Shown here: positions 39,210 to 48,606 of the stretch, in pieces
Position numbering within the stretch: the stretch's first letter is position 1
Layout: each line of letters begins with the position of its first letter
NCBI GenBank assembly: GCA_965602015.1
Contig: OZ271918.1
Location: 3,232,001 to 3,296,000, forward strand
DNA from: Salinispira sp.
Lineage (GTDB): Bacteria; Spirochaetota; Spirochaetia; DSM-27196; Salinispiraceae
DNA length: 64,000 nucleotides
Direction of reading: 5' to 3'
Notes under the pieces: model-generated
The model's input: only the letters and a program-made list of their open reading frames with translations
What the model was told of the DNA's origin: nothing
The model's database searches: none
Made by a program: the position numbers and the translations under genes

Positions 39210-41434
39210 TCTTCCTCGCTTTTGCTCCGCGATCCGATGACGAGCAGGATCCCCAGTAATAGGGTTACGAGGGCTGCGAGGGCTGCAATATACCAGTCTC
39301 CATGACGGCTGTATGGGGTGAGCCCGGGCTCTTCGGGAAGTTGTACATCGACGCTGGCCGCCATGGCCCGGTAACTGGGCAGCTCGAAAAGGATCCTTCC
39401 CCAAGGGTCCACGGCGGTGGTCATTCCGCTCGCGGTGGAGCGGAGAAGCACCCGCCGATTCTCCACCGATCGGTATAGCCCGGCGGCGAAGTGCTGCTTG
39501 GCGGCAACTTCGGTGAGGGACCAGTAATCATTACTGATATTGATTATGATATCGGCGCCTCCGGTTACGAAACGCCGCACCTCGTCGGGAAATGCATCCT
39601 CAAAACATATGGGCGTTGAAAACATAAACCGGGGGTGGCGAAATACCGTTCTTCTTTCACCGGGTTCCCAGAAGTTAACGTCGAAGTCCAGCAGGAGCTG
39701 ATACACCCCGGGGAACAAATCCCGGTAGGGAAAATGCTCGGTAAAGGGCACCAGCCGGATTTTGTGATAGTAATCCCGCCTCGATGCCTCGGGGTCGAAG
39801 AGGATGGCCGCGTTATAATTATCCCTGCTCTGCTCCACGCCCCGGTCATCCAAAATCACCTTGTAATCATCATTACCCGTTAGCAGCCAGGTTCCGGTGC
39901 TCCGTTGAAACTCCAGCATCTCGTTGACCACCCTCACCAGCCTGAGCCGGGGGTTAAGCTCGGGATTGCTCCACCGGGCTATATTCGGCACAAAAGCGGT
40001 TTCGCTCCAAACCAGGAGATCCGTTTCATCGGAGGATTGGAGGATTCCCCGGCTGAGGCTCGTGAGGGTTTGTAAGACTTCTTCATAGTCGTGTTTCCGG
40101 GGGTCGGAGTTCTGCTGGACCAGGGCAATCCGCTGCCAGCCTTCCTCGGGATTTTGACTTCCCGGGTGAAGCAGCTCGAGATTTCCCGCTCTTTCACCCT
40201 CTTCATGAAGCTCGATAATCGAACCGAGCTGAAGGGGACTTTCGCTGTTCTGGAGCAGAACCCCGGCCCCTCCGGCATGGACCGCAAACACCAGAACCGC
40301 GAAACCGATGAGCATCCGTTTGGCCAGCCGCCGTCCGGAGCCCTTGGTTATGAGAACCGTTGTAATGAGGATATTAGACAGGTAGAGCAGCTGGCTGATG
40401 CTCCACATGCCGGTGAGCGAACTGATTTGGATAAGCGGCGTATTGCGCCATTGACTGTGCGGCATAAGATTCCAGGGATAGGCGCTGAATCCGACGGTAA
40501 AAATCCAGTCATACAGGGTCCACATGGAACTGAAGAGCAGGGTGTACACCAGAAAGTGGAGGAACGGCCGCTGTTCAAGGGAAGCCTGAATCCGGCGCAG
40601 AAAGCGCTCGACGAACCACAGCAACAGAAAAAACAGGACTCCGTACATCCCCAGAATGACGACCGCTACCTGAAGACTCACCAGAGAGAACGTGCCAAGC
40701 CAATAATTCCTGATCATCACCGTAAGCAGGGTCCAGGAAATGCCGTAAAACATCCATCGACGGAACCCCTGGGATTGCTTCAACAGAGTAAAAAGAGGGG
40801 CCATGCTGAACCATGCCAAAAATCCGAATCCGTTGGGCGATATGTTTGACGGGAATGAAAAGCTGAACAGCAGCACCGAGGCCAGGAGCAGGGAAATGGG
40901 TTTTATCACCCGATTGAGGGTTTTGAGCCGGAGCCCGTCGTTGAGCAAAACCGGAATTCCCGCCGCAATCGGGTATATCAACAAGTAAATTCCGTAACGG
41001 AAAATCACGAACATCCGCTCGGTTCTGGTGTCCAGGGCTAGCAGAAGCCTGCCCTCAGTTTCAATAAAGCGCTGAACATAGTCCATGTTTGCCGCGAGGG
41101 CGAAAATGTATCCAAAAACGAATATAACGAGGCTGATGACGAACAGAAGATCCGGCAGCAGCATAAAGTCCTCGGACTCGGGCTGCCGCTCCTGATGGCC
41201 CAGGCGGTATGCCAGCCGTTCCGCCATGCGGTCTGCGGAGCGAACGTCCGGCGCAACAATGAGCCTGGCGCCGAAGTATAATCCCACGGAAGTATGGAGG
41301 GCGATGAGAAGAAGTCCGGGAATATCGCTTACGCTGAAATTCAGGGGGAGGCCTTTCTCAAAAAAGAAAAGGAAGAGGGCCAGGGCGGCCGCTCCGAGGT
41401 ACAGCAGCATCCAGGAGAAGAACTGTTTTTGCAT
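39206..41434 (-). CDS. lnt: Apolipoprotein N-acyltransferase with N-terminal membrane extension
   Basis: Nitrilase triad WSETA / YHKIRLVPFTE / PICFED; NISNDYW, RSVENR. Confidence 0.95.
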   Translation of the reverse strand: MQKQFFSWMLLYLGAAALALFLFFFEKGLPLNFSVSDIPGLLLIALHTSVGLYFGARLIVAPDVRSADRMAERLAYRLGHQERQPESEDFMLLPDLLFVISLVIFVFGYIFALAANMDYVQRFIETEGRLLLALDTRTERMFVIFRYGIYLLIYPIAAGIPVLLNDGLRLKTLNRVIKPISLLLASVLLFSFSFPSNISPNGFGFLAWFSMAPLFTLLKQSQGFRRWMFYGISWTLLTVMIRNYWLGTFSLVSLQVAVVILGMYGVLFFLLLWFVERFLRRIQASLEQRPFLHFLVYTLLFSSMWTLYDWIFTVGFSAYPWNLMPHSQWRNTPLIQISSLTGMWSISQLLYLSNILITTVLITKGSGRRLAKRMLIGFAVLVFAVHAGGAGVLLQNSESPLQLGSIIELHEEGERAGNLELLHPGSQNPEEGWQRIALVQQNSDPRKHDYEEVLQTLTSLSRGILQSSDETDLLVWSETAFVPNIARWSNPELNPRLRLVRVVNEMLEFQRSTGTWLLTGNDDYKVILDDRGVEQSRDNYNAAILFDPEASRRDYYHKIRLVPFTEHFPYRDLFPGVYQLLLDFDVNFWEPGERRTVFRHPRFMFSTPICFEDAFPDEVRRFVTGGADIIINISNDYWSLTEVAAKQHFAAGLYRSVENRRVLLRSTASGMTTAVDPWGRILFELPSYRAMAASVDVQLPEEPGLTPYSRHGDWYIAALAALVTLLLGILLVIGSRSKSEEE

Positions 41435-41460
41435 GGGGATATAGTATTCCGACTATCGGG

Positions 41461-41504
41461 AAAAAAAAAGGGGTAACCCCGGCCATTACGGCCGGGGCCG
41501 CCCC
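41461..41504 (-). terminator. Rho-independent terminator after the DUF4914 gene
   Basis: GC-rich stem (CCCCGGCC/GGCCGGGG core) followed by T9 on the minus strand. Confidence 0.8.
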
Positions 41505-41519
41505 GGTGAGGAGGAAAGT

Positions 41520-43379
41520 CTATTCTATCGCTGCGGAAAGCTCAGCGAGGCCGCCGTCGGCCATGGCAATCTCGATAATACGCCGTCCAAGGGGGTCGAG
41601 ATCGTCGGTGAGAAATTGCTCGAGCTCGGCCTTGAAGAAATCCGTGAGGATTTTGGCACCGGCATCATATCCGTCCTTACCGAGCTCGGTCTGATCCTGA
41701 ACCTGAAGTAGAGTATGGGGAATCGACTGGCCGTTAACCCGCAGGCTGGGCAGGCTGTAACCCAGGAGGGGACAGCGGCTTTCGACGAGCTGCTCATCGC
41801 GGAACTTCACCGAACCCCGGCGGGCAATATACTCCCTTACTATCCATTCGGCCTTGAACCCGATGTGGTAGGCGCCGATGTACTGGTTGGGAATCAGAAT
41901 GTAGCGGGTTTTCGGCGTTTTAAGGGTGAGGTCTAAGAGGATATTCGCCTGGGTCACCCGTTTCCCGGTGGCGAACGGCCAGTACGAACCTACGCCCTCG
42001 GAGCTGAGCCCCTTGGTAGTCACGATGCTCGGATTAGCATGGCCCCGGGGCGCAACCAGACGCCACAGCCAGGCAAGCGCCGGGGGAAGAAGATGCATCA
42101 TTCCGATAATTCCGTAGTTGGGGTTTTCCCTGGTTGTCGGCGGGGTGCGGACTCCGAAACTTCGGACATCCACCTCCACATGTCCGGTTACCGTATTTTC
42201 CACGTGATTCCTGGGCATGATGACCCGCGGGTTGGGGCAGGGTTTGCCGGGAGCATCCATGGTGTGTTCCCAAATCAGCGCCGTCGCCCCGGGTTTGCCG
42301 TCGATGTTCAAAAAAACCAGGGGCTCAGGGGGATTTATGCAGAGCTTCTCGAGATTCGGTTCTTTGCCGTATTCATTCAGGTGGTCGACCCGGAGAAACC
42401 AGCCGTTTTCCGCATCGGTAATGCCCAATTTGCCGTTGTCCATGGGGTTGGCGACCGCCATGTCGTCGGCAACGGGATGTAGCTGGCAGGTGTCGGCCAG
42501 CTCAAGATAAAAATCATCATTAGTAATGGTGTTCCTGGCCAACAGAATGCGGCCGTCGCTCTCCCGGTGTATCGCCTGGGTCATTTCGCTCTTGCCGCCC
42601 CCGCTGGCTCCTTCGTGGAGAATTACGAACTCATTGTCATAGGGAGTTATGAGGCGCACCGCTGAACTGTGCAGCGTGGTCCGCCCCTGGGCTTCTCCGA
42701 TATTTAACAGAACGCCGTAAACACCCTTTTTTGCGCTTGGTCCGGGATACAGATTATAACAGAACAGCTCATGGCAGCTTTCAAGGCGGTTGTGCACCAC
42801 AACCTGCTTACCGTCGAAGTGGGTGTGGCGGAACGGCGGCGCCACGAACAGCACAGCCCGGGGTGAAAAGTCTTCCGGGATGTGGGATGCCGGAATAAAA
42901 CCCTGAAGATCTGCCAGCCCGGTGACGAAGAATCCCGCATTTGACGGCGCGATTAGCATGGAGGCGCAGCGGTCGGCGTCATCGCCGCTCCAGAACGGGA
43001 GGACGACCAGCTCGCCGAGAGAGGCGAACCAGTCGAAGGTTTCGCTTCTGAATGGCGCGAAATCTTTGCCGTAGCGGTTTTTGAAATGCTCCTTATCGCT
43101 AGGATTGTCATCGGCGATGAGCATGGCGTCGGGATCCCGCCTTCGCATGTAGGCTTCGGCGTAATTCACCGACGCTCCGTTCTTGCAACGGGTAACCGAC
43201 GCCTCCAGCACCTTGCCCTTGCCGGGAATGTCGTAGCTTACCTCGAACACATCGGGCCGGCCCTGGAAGGTTAGATCCAGAAGCTCCTGCCGGGTCTCGG
43301 GGATGATTAAGCGATTGGCGTCAAAAATCCGTTTTAGCTCGGGGGAAAGGGTAAAGCGGGCGGCGTGTTTCTGGCTCAT
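41520..43379 (-). CDS. DUF4914 family protein (PEP-carboxykinase-like P-loop)
   Basis: YMRRRDPD, NLYPGPSAKKGVY, HEGASGGGKSEM, VADDM, CPNPRV, SSEGVGSYWPF. Confidence 0.85.
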   Translation of the reverse strand: MSQKHAARFTLSPELKRIFDANRLIIPETRQELLDLTFQGRPDVFEVSYDIPGKGKVLEASVTRCKNGASVNYAEAYMRRRDPDAMLIADDNPSDKEHFKNRYGKDFAPFRSETFDWFASLGELVVLPFWSGDDADRCASMLIAPSNAGFFVTGLADLQGFIPASHIPEDFSPRAVLFVAPPFRHTHFDGKQVVVHNRLESCHELFCYNLYPGPSAKKGVYGVLLNIGEAQGRTTLHSSAVRLITPYDNEFVILHEGASGGGKSEMTQAIHRESDGRILLARNTITNDDFYLELADTCQLHPVADDMAVANPMDNGKLGITDAENGWFLRVDHLNEYGKEPNLEKLCINPPEPLVFLNIDGKPGATALIWEHTMDAPGKPCPNPRVIMPRNHVENTVTGHVEVDVRSFGVRTPPTTRENPNYGIIGMMHLLPPALAWLWRLVAPRGHANPSIVTTKGLSSEGVGSYWPFATGKRVTQANILLDLTLKTPKTRYILIPNQYIGAYHIGFKAEWIVREYIARRGSVKFRDEQLVESRCPLLGYSLPSLRVNGQSIPHTLLQVQDQTELGKDGYDAGAKILTDFFKAELEQFLTDDLDPLGRRIIEIAMADGGLAELSAAIE

Positions 43380-43576
43380 GAGATCTCCATTCGCGTGTAT
43401 AATTATACAAGATAATATGTATATACTTGCAACTGCGCAAGGGGCAGACCCGGGCATTTGCCGGGAGATACGGAAAATCTTCTTTGTTTACTATTATTCC
43501 ATACAGCGTACGGCGGGTGCCGTCGGCCTATGTGCTTATCTGGCAGGAATTTGCTAGATCATCCCCGGGAATTTTG

Positions 43577-43606
43577 TTGACACTATTTGCGCAAATAGTG
43601 TATTCT
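43577..43606 (+). promoter_or_regulatory. rpmG-rpmB promoter with a perfect 22-bp palindromic operator in the spacer
   Basis: TTGACA (43577-82)-N18-TATTCT (43601-06); ACACTATTTGCGCAAATAGTGT at 43580-43601. Confidence 0.7.
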
Positions 43607-43645
43607 CCCGACCTATTAGTCAGATTTATAGAAAGGTGGTTTGGT

Positions 43646-43816
43646 ATGGCAAAAGCAGCCAAGGGCGCGACCAAGGTTCGTCTGAAAAGCACAGAAAGTG
43701 GTCACTGCTACTACACAACCAAGAACAAGCGGAACTTACCAAATAAAATGGAACTCATGAAGTACGATCCACACGTAAGGAAGCACGTACTTTATAAGGA
43801 AACCAGCAAGTTCTAA
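43646..43816 (+). CDS. rpmG: 50S ribosomal protein L33 (no CxxC zinc ribbon)
   Basis: [20 protein letters not shown]...[18 protein letters not shown]. Confidence 0.95.
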   Translation: MAKAAKGATKVRLKSTESGHCYYTTKNKRNLPNKMELMKYDPHVRKHVLYKETSKF

Positions 43817-43835
43817 GGGACATCCGGAGGATATT

Positions 43836-44075
43836 GTGGCACGTAAATGTAAAATAAGCGGAAAAAAACCTCTTTCCGGCCATAAGGTCTCGAAGTCGAA
43901 CATCAAGACCAATAAATGGCAAAAACCCAATATGCAGACCAAGCGTATTTTCGATCCCGAGCTGGGTCGGGAAGTACGGCTGCGACTTTCTACCAGCGCT
44001 ATTCGCACGGTATCCAAAGTCGGTCTTTCTGCATACCTGAGAAAAAAGGGTCTCACCCTCAAGGAAGTTATGTAA
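43836..44075 (+). CDS. rpmB: 50S ribosomal protein L28
   Basis: MARKCKISGKKPLSGHKVSKSNIKT...PN...VRLRLST.AIRT; GTG start with GGAGG. Confidence 0.95.
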   Translation: MARKCKISGKKPLSGHKVSKSNIKTNKWQKPNMQTKRIFDPELGREVRLRLSTSAIRTVSKVGLSAYLRKKGLTLKEVM

Positions 44076-44101
44076 CTTCTTGGGGAGCCTTGAGCCCCGA
44101 G

Positions 44102-44153
44102 CCGCCGGTAATCACAGCTGAAAAGTTCAGTTGCGATTACCGGCGGTTTTTTT
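44102..44153 (+). terminator. Long-stem rho-independent terminator of rpmG-rpmB
   Basis: CCGCCGGTAATC/GATTACCGGCGG outer stem plus inner CAGCTGAA/TTCAGTTG, then T7. Confidence 0.85.
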
Positions 44154-44244
44154 TATTTTTACACTGTTTAATGGTCGGGACTTGACGCTTGACCGCGGAG
44201 TTTCGCTTGATATTTGAAAGATATTGTTCGATTATAACATTAAG

Positions 44245-45546
44245 ATGAAAGTTAAAATCAGCGACAGTGAAATACTTCGTGAGATTATCAGTATAGATTC
44301 GAAACTCAACAAAACCCAGGATCACGATATCCTGCTCGAAACCATATTGAGCGAAGCGCGTCGAATCACCAATGCCGATGCGGGTTCAATTTACGTAAAA
44401 CGGGGAGACATACTCTATATAAAGCATGCGCAGAATGCCTCCCTTCAAAAAAAGCTTCCCGAAGGGCAAAAGCTTCCATACAAGTTCTTTACCGTGCCGG
44501 TTAACAGGAAATCCATATCGGGATACGCCGCCGCCGAGAAGGCCATACTAAATGTGCCGGATTATTATAATATTCCCAAGGACGCCCCTTACTCCCACAA
44601 TGCAAAATACGACAAGGATGCGGGCTACCTTTCCAAATCAATGCTCGCAATTCCTTTGGTTACAAATATGGGAAGCTGCCTGGGAGTCCTTCAGATTATT
44701 AACAAGATGGATGACAAGGGCGAAATTATTCCTTTCAACGATGAAGATGAACAGCTTGTGGAGCACTTCGCCAACAACGTGGTAATCGCCCTGGAAAAGG
44801 CTCAAATGACCCGGGCGATAATCGAGCGCATGGTTCAAATGGCCGAGTTGCGGGACCCCCGGGAAACCGGTCCACATGTAAACCGTGTGGCGGGATTCGC
44901 GGTGGAGATTTACGACCGCTGGGCATTCAAAGTCGGCATCCCCGAGCATAAGCGAAGCAAGGACCGGGACGTATTCCGCATGGCCGCCATGCTTCACGAT
45001 GTGGGAAAGGTCGGAATTTCAGATAAAATCCTCAAAAAACCCGGCAAGCTCAACGATGAAGAATACCACATCATGAAAATGCACACCCAAATCGGCGCAC
45101 AACTTTTTAACGACCCTCACTCGGAGTTCGACCTCATGGCCCGAAGCGTGGTTCTCAATCATCACGAGCGCTGGGACGGAAAGGGTTACCCCGGAAAGGC
45201 TGACACAGACAGTAGCGAAATGACCGAGTGCCAGGAGCGTTTTGACAAGACGGGGACCATACACCATCTTGATCCCGAATCCGGCGAGGTGACCCAACGA
45301 GTCGACATAACTCCTTCAGAAGGTAAAAGCGGTAACGAAATCCCCATCTTTGGCCGAATTGTGGCAATTGCCGATGTATACGACGCCTTGAGGTCTACCA
45401 GGGTATATAAAAAAGCCTGGAGCGAGGAAGACGTGCTCAACGAGTTGCGGGCCTGCGCAGGCACCCAATTCGATCCGGAACTCATTGACATATTCTTCGA
45501 AGTCTATGACAGGCTTCAAACCGTCGCCGACCAGTATCCCGATTGA
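44245..45546 (+). CDS. GAF + HD-GYP cyclic-dinucleotide phosphodiesterase
   Basis: GAF (ADAGSI, SMLAIPL, GVLQIINK); ETGPHVNRV, LHDVGK, HHERWDGKGYP, ADVYDAL. Confidence 0.93.
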   Translation: MKVKISDSEILREIISIDSKLNKTQDHDILLETILSEARRITNADAGSIYVKRGDILYIKHAQNASLQKKLPEGQKLPYKFFTVPVNRKSISGYAAAEKAILNVPDYYNIPKDAPYSHNAKYDKDAGYLSKSMLAIPLVTNMGSCLGVLQIINKMDDKGEIIPFNDEDEQLVEHFANNVVIALEKAQMTRAIIERMVQMAELRDPRETGPHVNRVAGFAVEIYDRWAFKVGIPEHKRSKDRDVFRMAAMLHDVGKVGISDKILKKPGKLNDEEYHIMKMHTQIGAQLFNDPHSEFDLMARSVVLNHHERWDGKGYPGKADTDSSEMTECQERFDKTGTIHHLDPESGEVTQRVDITPSEGKSGNEIPIFGRIVAIADVYDALRSTRVYKKAWSEEDVLNELRACAGTQFDPELIDIFFEVYDRLQTVADQYPD

Positions 45547-45579
45547 TTGTATCGTTCCACAAACGGAAGCTCCACCTAT

Positions 45580-45613
45580 AAAAAAAGAGCCCGCGGATAA
45601 AACCGCGGGTCTC
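45580..45613 (-). terminator. Terminator between convergent HD-GYP and pntB
   Basis: A7-GAGCCCGCGG/CCGCGGGTCTC hairpin. Confidence 0.75.
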
Positions 45614-45651
45614 AGTTTATTATACCATTAGGTATCGGGCATCCGGGATGA

Positions 45652-47067
45652 TCACGCTTCTTTGAATGCGGAAACCAGTTCTTCCACGACCTTCTTTCCG
45701 TCCCCGAACAGCATAAGACTGTTATCGGCAGCGAACAGCGGATTGGGAATTCCCGCAAATCCGGGGCTCAGGCTGCGCTTGATGACAACGACTGTGCGGG
45801 ATTTGTCCACATCCAGTATGGGCATGCCGGAAATCGGACTGCCGCTTGCCTCCCGGGCCAGGGGATTCACCACGTCGTTTGCCCCCAGGACTATGGTTAC
45901 ATCGGTGTTGCCGAAGCTCGAGTTGATGACATCCATCTCCTTGAGCTTGTCATAGGAGATATTCTCTTCGGCAAGGAGCACGTTCATATGCCCCGGCATT
46001 CGCCCTGCAACCGGATGAATGCCGAACTCCACTTCTATTCCTTCGGCTTCCATGACCTCCGTGAGCTGCCGGACTGCGGTTTGCGCCCGGGCGACTGCCA
46101 TCCCGTATCCGGGTACAAAAACCACTCTTTGAGCCATCTTCAAAATCATCGCGACTTCGTCGGGGGAGGTCGACTTCACCTTGCCCGCATAAATGTCGTC
46201 GGCGCTGGCTCCATCGCTTTCATCGGCGGCGCCGAGCCCGCCAAACAGCACGTTGAGAAGACTGCGGTTCATAGCCTTGCACATGATCTGCGTGAGAATT
46301 ATTCCCGAAGCGCCGACCAGGGAACCCGCGATAATAAGGATTGCATTATTAATGACAAAACCCGTAGCCGCCGCCGCAAGACCGGAATAGGAGTTAAGCA
46401 GAGCGATGACGATAGGCATATCCGCCCCGCCAATCGGCATAGTCAACAGCAGACCCAGCAGACTGGAAAGCCCGATAAGAATCCACAGGTACATCAATTC
46501 CGCCGGGTTGAGAACAAGGAGCACGGCGAAAACAATAATCGCCACCCCGACCAGGGCTTTTACGATCTGATCGCCGGGATATCGCACGGCTTTCTCGGTG
46601 ACGATTCCCGCCAACTTGCCGAATGCCACCAATGATCCCCAAAAAGTCACAGCGCCGATCAGAGCCGAAAGCACCGTGGCGACGGTGAACTGAAGATCCA
46701 GGGATGCTGCGGCGACGGTGCCAACCCCGACCGCTTCAAAGAGGGCGGCGGTTGCGACAAGCACAGAAGCTCCGCCCCCGAAACCGTTAAACAGCCCCAC
46801 CATCTGCGGCATTGCAGTCATCTGAATGGTGAGGGCGATTACCGCACCGATCACCGATCCTCCGGCGATTCCGACGATTATCCAGGTAAAACTGAGAATC
46901 TCATTGTTAAGAAGGGTCGCGACGATGGCGATGAGCATTCCCACAGCAGAAAGCAGGTTCCCACCCACGGCGCTGCGGGGATGTCCCAGCCCTTTTAATC
47001 CCAGTGTGAAAAAAACCGCGGCGATAATATACAGGCCGCTTATCAGTATGTTCATATCGATATTCAT
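45652..47067 (-). CDS. pntB: NAD(P)+ transhydrogenase subunit beta
   Basis: MTAMPQMV, PIGGADMP, LNSYSG, GIHPVAGRMPGHMNVLLAE, GANDVVNP. Confidence 0.97.
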   Translation of the reverse strand: MNIDMNILISGLYIIAAVFFTLGLKGLGHPRSAVGGNLLSAVGMLIAIVATLLNNEILSFTWIIVGIAGGSVIGAVIALTIQMTAMPQMVGLFNGFGGGASVLVATAALFEAVGVGTVAAASLDLQFTVATVLSALIGAVTFWGSLVAFGKLAGIVTEKAVRYPGDQIVKALVGVAIIVFAVLLVLNPAELMYLWILIGLSSLLGLLLTMPIGGADMPIVIALLNSYSGLAAAATGFVINNAILIIAGSLVGASGIILTQIMCKAMNRSLLNVLFGGLGAADESDGASADDIYAGKVKSTSPDEVAMILKMAQRVVFVPGYGMAVARAQTAVRQLTEVMEAEGIEVEFGIHPVAGRMPGHMNVLLAEENISYDKLKEMDVINSSFGNTDVTIVLGANDVVNPLAREASGSPISGMPILDVDKSRTVVVIKRSLSPGFAGIPNPLFAADNSLMLFGDGKKVVEELVSAFKEA

Positions 47068-47078
47068 TCAGGCAGCCC

Positions 47079-47354
47079 CTATTTCTTTTTGAATTTTCCG
47101 AGCATTCGGTGGGTGACCAGATACCCGCCGACCACATTGATTGTGGCGAACACCAGGGCCACCATGCCGAGAATCATGCCGAGCCGGGAGTTTTCCGCCC
47201 CGGTAGCGATGAGAGCACCGATTATGGTGATTCCCGATATCGCGTTGGAGCCCGACATAAGCGGGGTGTGCAGAATCGGCGGCACCTTGGTTATCAGTTC
47301 GAATCCAAGAAAAACCGCCAGGATAAATACCGTGAGTAAATTGAGCAATTCCAT
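47079..47354 (-). CDS. pntAB: NAD(P)+ transhydrogenase subunit alpha part 2 (membrane)
   Basis: KVPPILHTPLMSGSNAISG, NVVGGYLVTHRML. Confidence 0.95.
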   Translation of the reverse strand: MELLNLLTVFILAVFLGFELITKVPPILHTPLMSGSNAISGITIIGALIATGAENSRLGMILGMVALVFATINVVGGYLVTHRMLGKFKKK

Positions 47355-47377
47355 ATCTTCTCCTCGATTATTCCGGA

Positions 47378-48529
47378 TCAGAGACCGAGAACGGCTTTGC
47401 GTTCTTCATTGGGCACCGCGCCGTCCTTCGTCAGAAGGGTGGCAGCGACAATTTCATCTTCCATATCGATTGCGAAGTTCCCTTCGGCATCGAAAAAATT
47501 CAACAGGAAGGTTTCGATGTTTTTGCCGTACAGCTGGCTTGCGTGAAAAGCCAGACTGGCCGGAATATTAAGCGGACCGGCTATATGAATGCCGTGTTTG
47601 GTGACGGTTTTTCCGGCCTCGGAGAGTTCGCAATTGCCTCCCCGTTCCACCGCGAGATCGACTATAACCGAACCGGGCTTCATCGCCTTCACCATCTCTC
47701 CGGTCACCAGGACGGGACTTTTCTTCCCGGGAATGGCTGCGGTGGTGATAACCACATCGCTTTCGGCGCACACGCCGGTCATGAATTCCCGTTGCTTCCG
47801 GTAGAATTCCTCGTTCATTTCCCGGGCATAGCCCCCGGAGCCCTCGGCGTCCTCGGTTTCCAGATCCATGTCGACGAATTTCGCGCCGAGGCTCTCAACC
47901 TGTTCCTTCACTGCCGGGCGGACATCATATGCGCTCACCAGGGCTCCCAGACGCTTCGCCGTGGCAATTGCCTGAAGTCCCGCAACGCCGACTCCGACTA
48001 TAAAAACCTTTGCCGGAACGATGGTCCCCGCCGCGGTCATCATCATGGGAAACATTTTCGGCAGTTCATTGGCGCCGATAAGGACGGATTTATACCCCGC
48101 GAGATTGGCCATGGACGATAAAACATCCATGCTCTGAGCCCGGGTGATCCGGGGGATGAGTTCCAGAGCGAAGCTGGTAACTTTTTTCTCGGCATATATT
48201 TTAAAGGATTCATGACCTTGATACGGATCCATCATGCCGATGACAACCTGCCCTTCCTTCATCAGTTCGGCGTCGCTTTTTCCCTGTTCGCCGGCAGCGG
48301 CGCCGGAACGGACAGAAAGCAGCACATCTCCCCTGGAAAAAACATCGCTGCGGTTTACCAGGGCCGCGCCTTTTTCGCTGTAGGCCTCATCAGTGTATCC
48401 CGACAGGTATCCCGCATCCTTTTCGATAATGACCTCGTGGCCCGCCTTGATCAACTTCTGGACCTGGGCGGGCACCAGCGCCACCCGGGTTTCTCCGGGA
48501 TAGCTCTCCTTTGGAACAGCTAATACCAT
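47378..48529 (-). CDS. pntAA: NAD(P)+ transhydrogenase subunit alpha part 1 (dI)
   Basis: PKES..GETRVA, RITRAQSMDVLSS, GVGVAGLQA, ITTAAIPG. Confidence 0.96.
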   Translation of the reverse strand: MVLAVPKESYPGETRVALVPAQVQKLIKAGHEVIIEKDAGYLSGYTDEAYSEKGAALVNRSDVFSRGDVLLSVRSGAAAGEQGKSDAELMKEGQVVIGMMDPYQGHESFKIYAEKKVTSFALELIPRITRAQSMDVLSSMANLAGYKSVLIGANELPKMFPMMMTAAGTIVPAKVFIVGVGVAGLQAIATAKRLGALVSAYDVRPAVKEQVESLGAKFVDMDLETEDAEGSGGYAREMNEEFYRKQREFMTGVCAESDVVITTAAIPGKKSPVLVTGEMVKAMKPGSVIVDLAVERGGNCELSEAGKTVTKHGIHIAGPLNIPASLAFHASQLYGKNIETFLLNFFDAEGNFAIDMEDEIVAATLLTKDGAVPNEERKAVLGL

Positions 48530-48606
48530 ACTCTCCCCTTCTTCCTTGATTTTGTATGTGTGTGCCGCCGGTTCCGACGGCCATGAAATGCATAGTGATT
48601 GGATTT

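Noticed and set aside
45652..48529. Transhydrogenase alpha split into two genes as a possible frameshift or pseudogene
   Set aside because: The three-gene pntAA-pntAB-pntB layout is a known natural arrangement; the split parts have their own SD and starts
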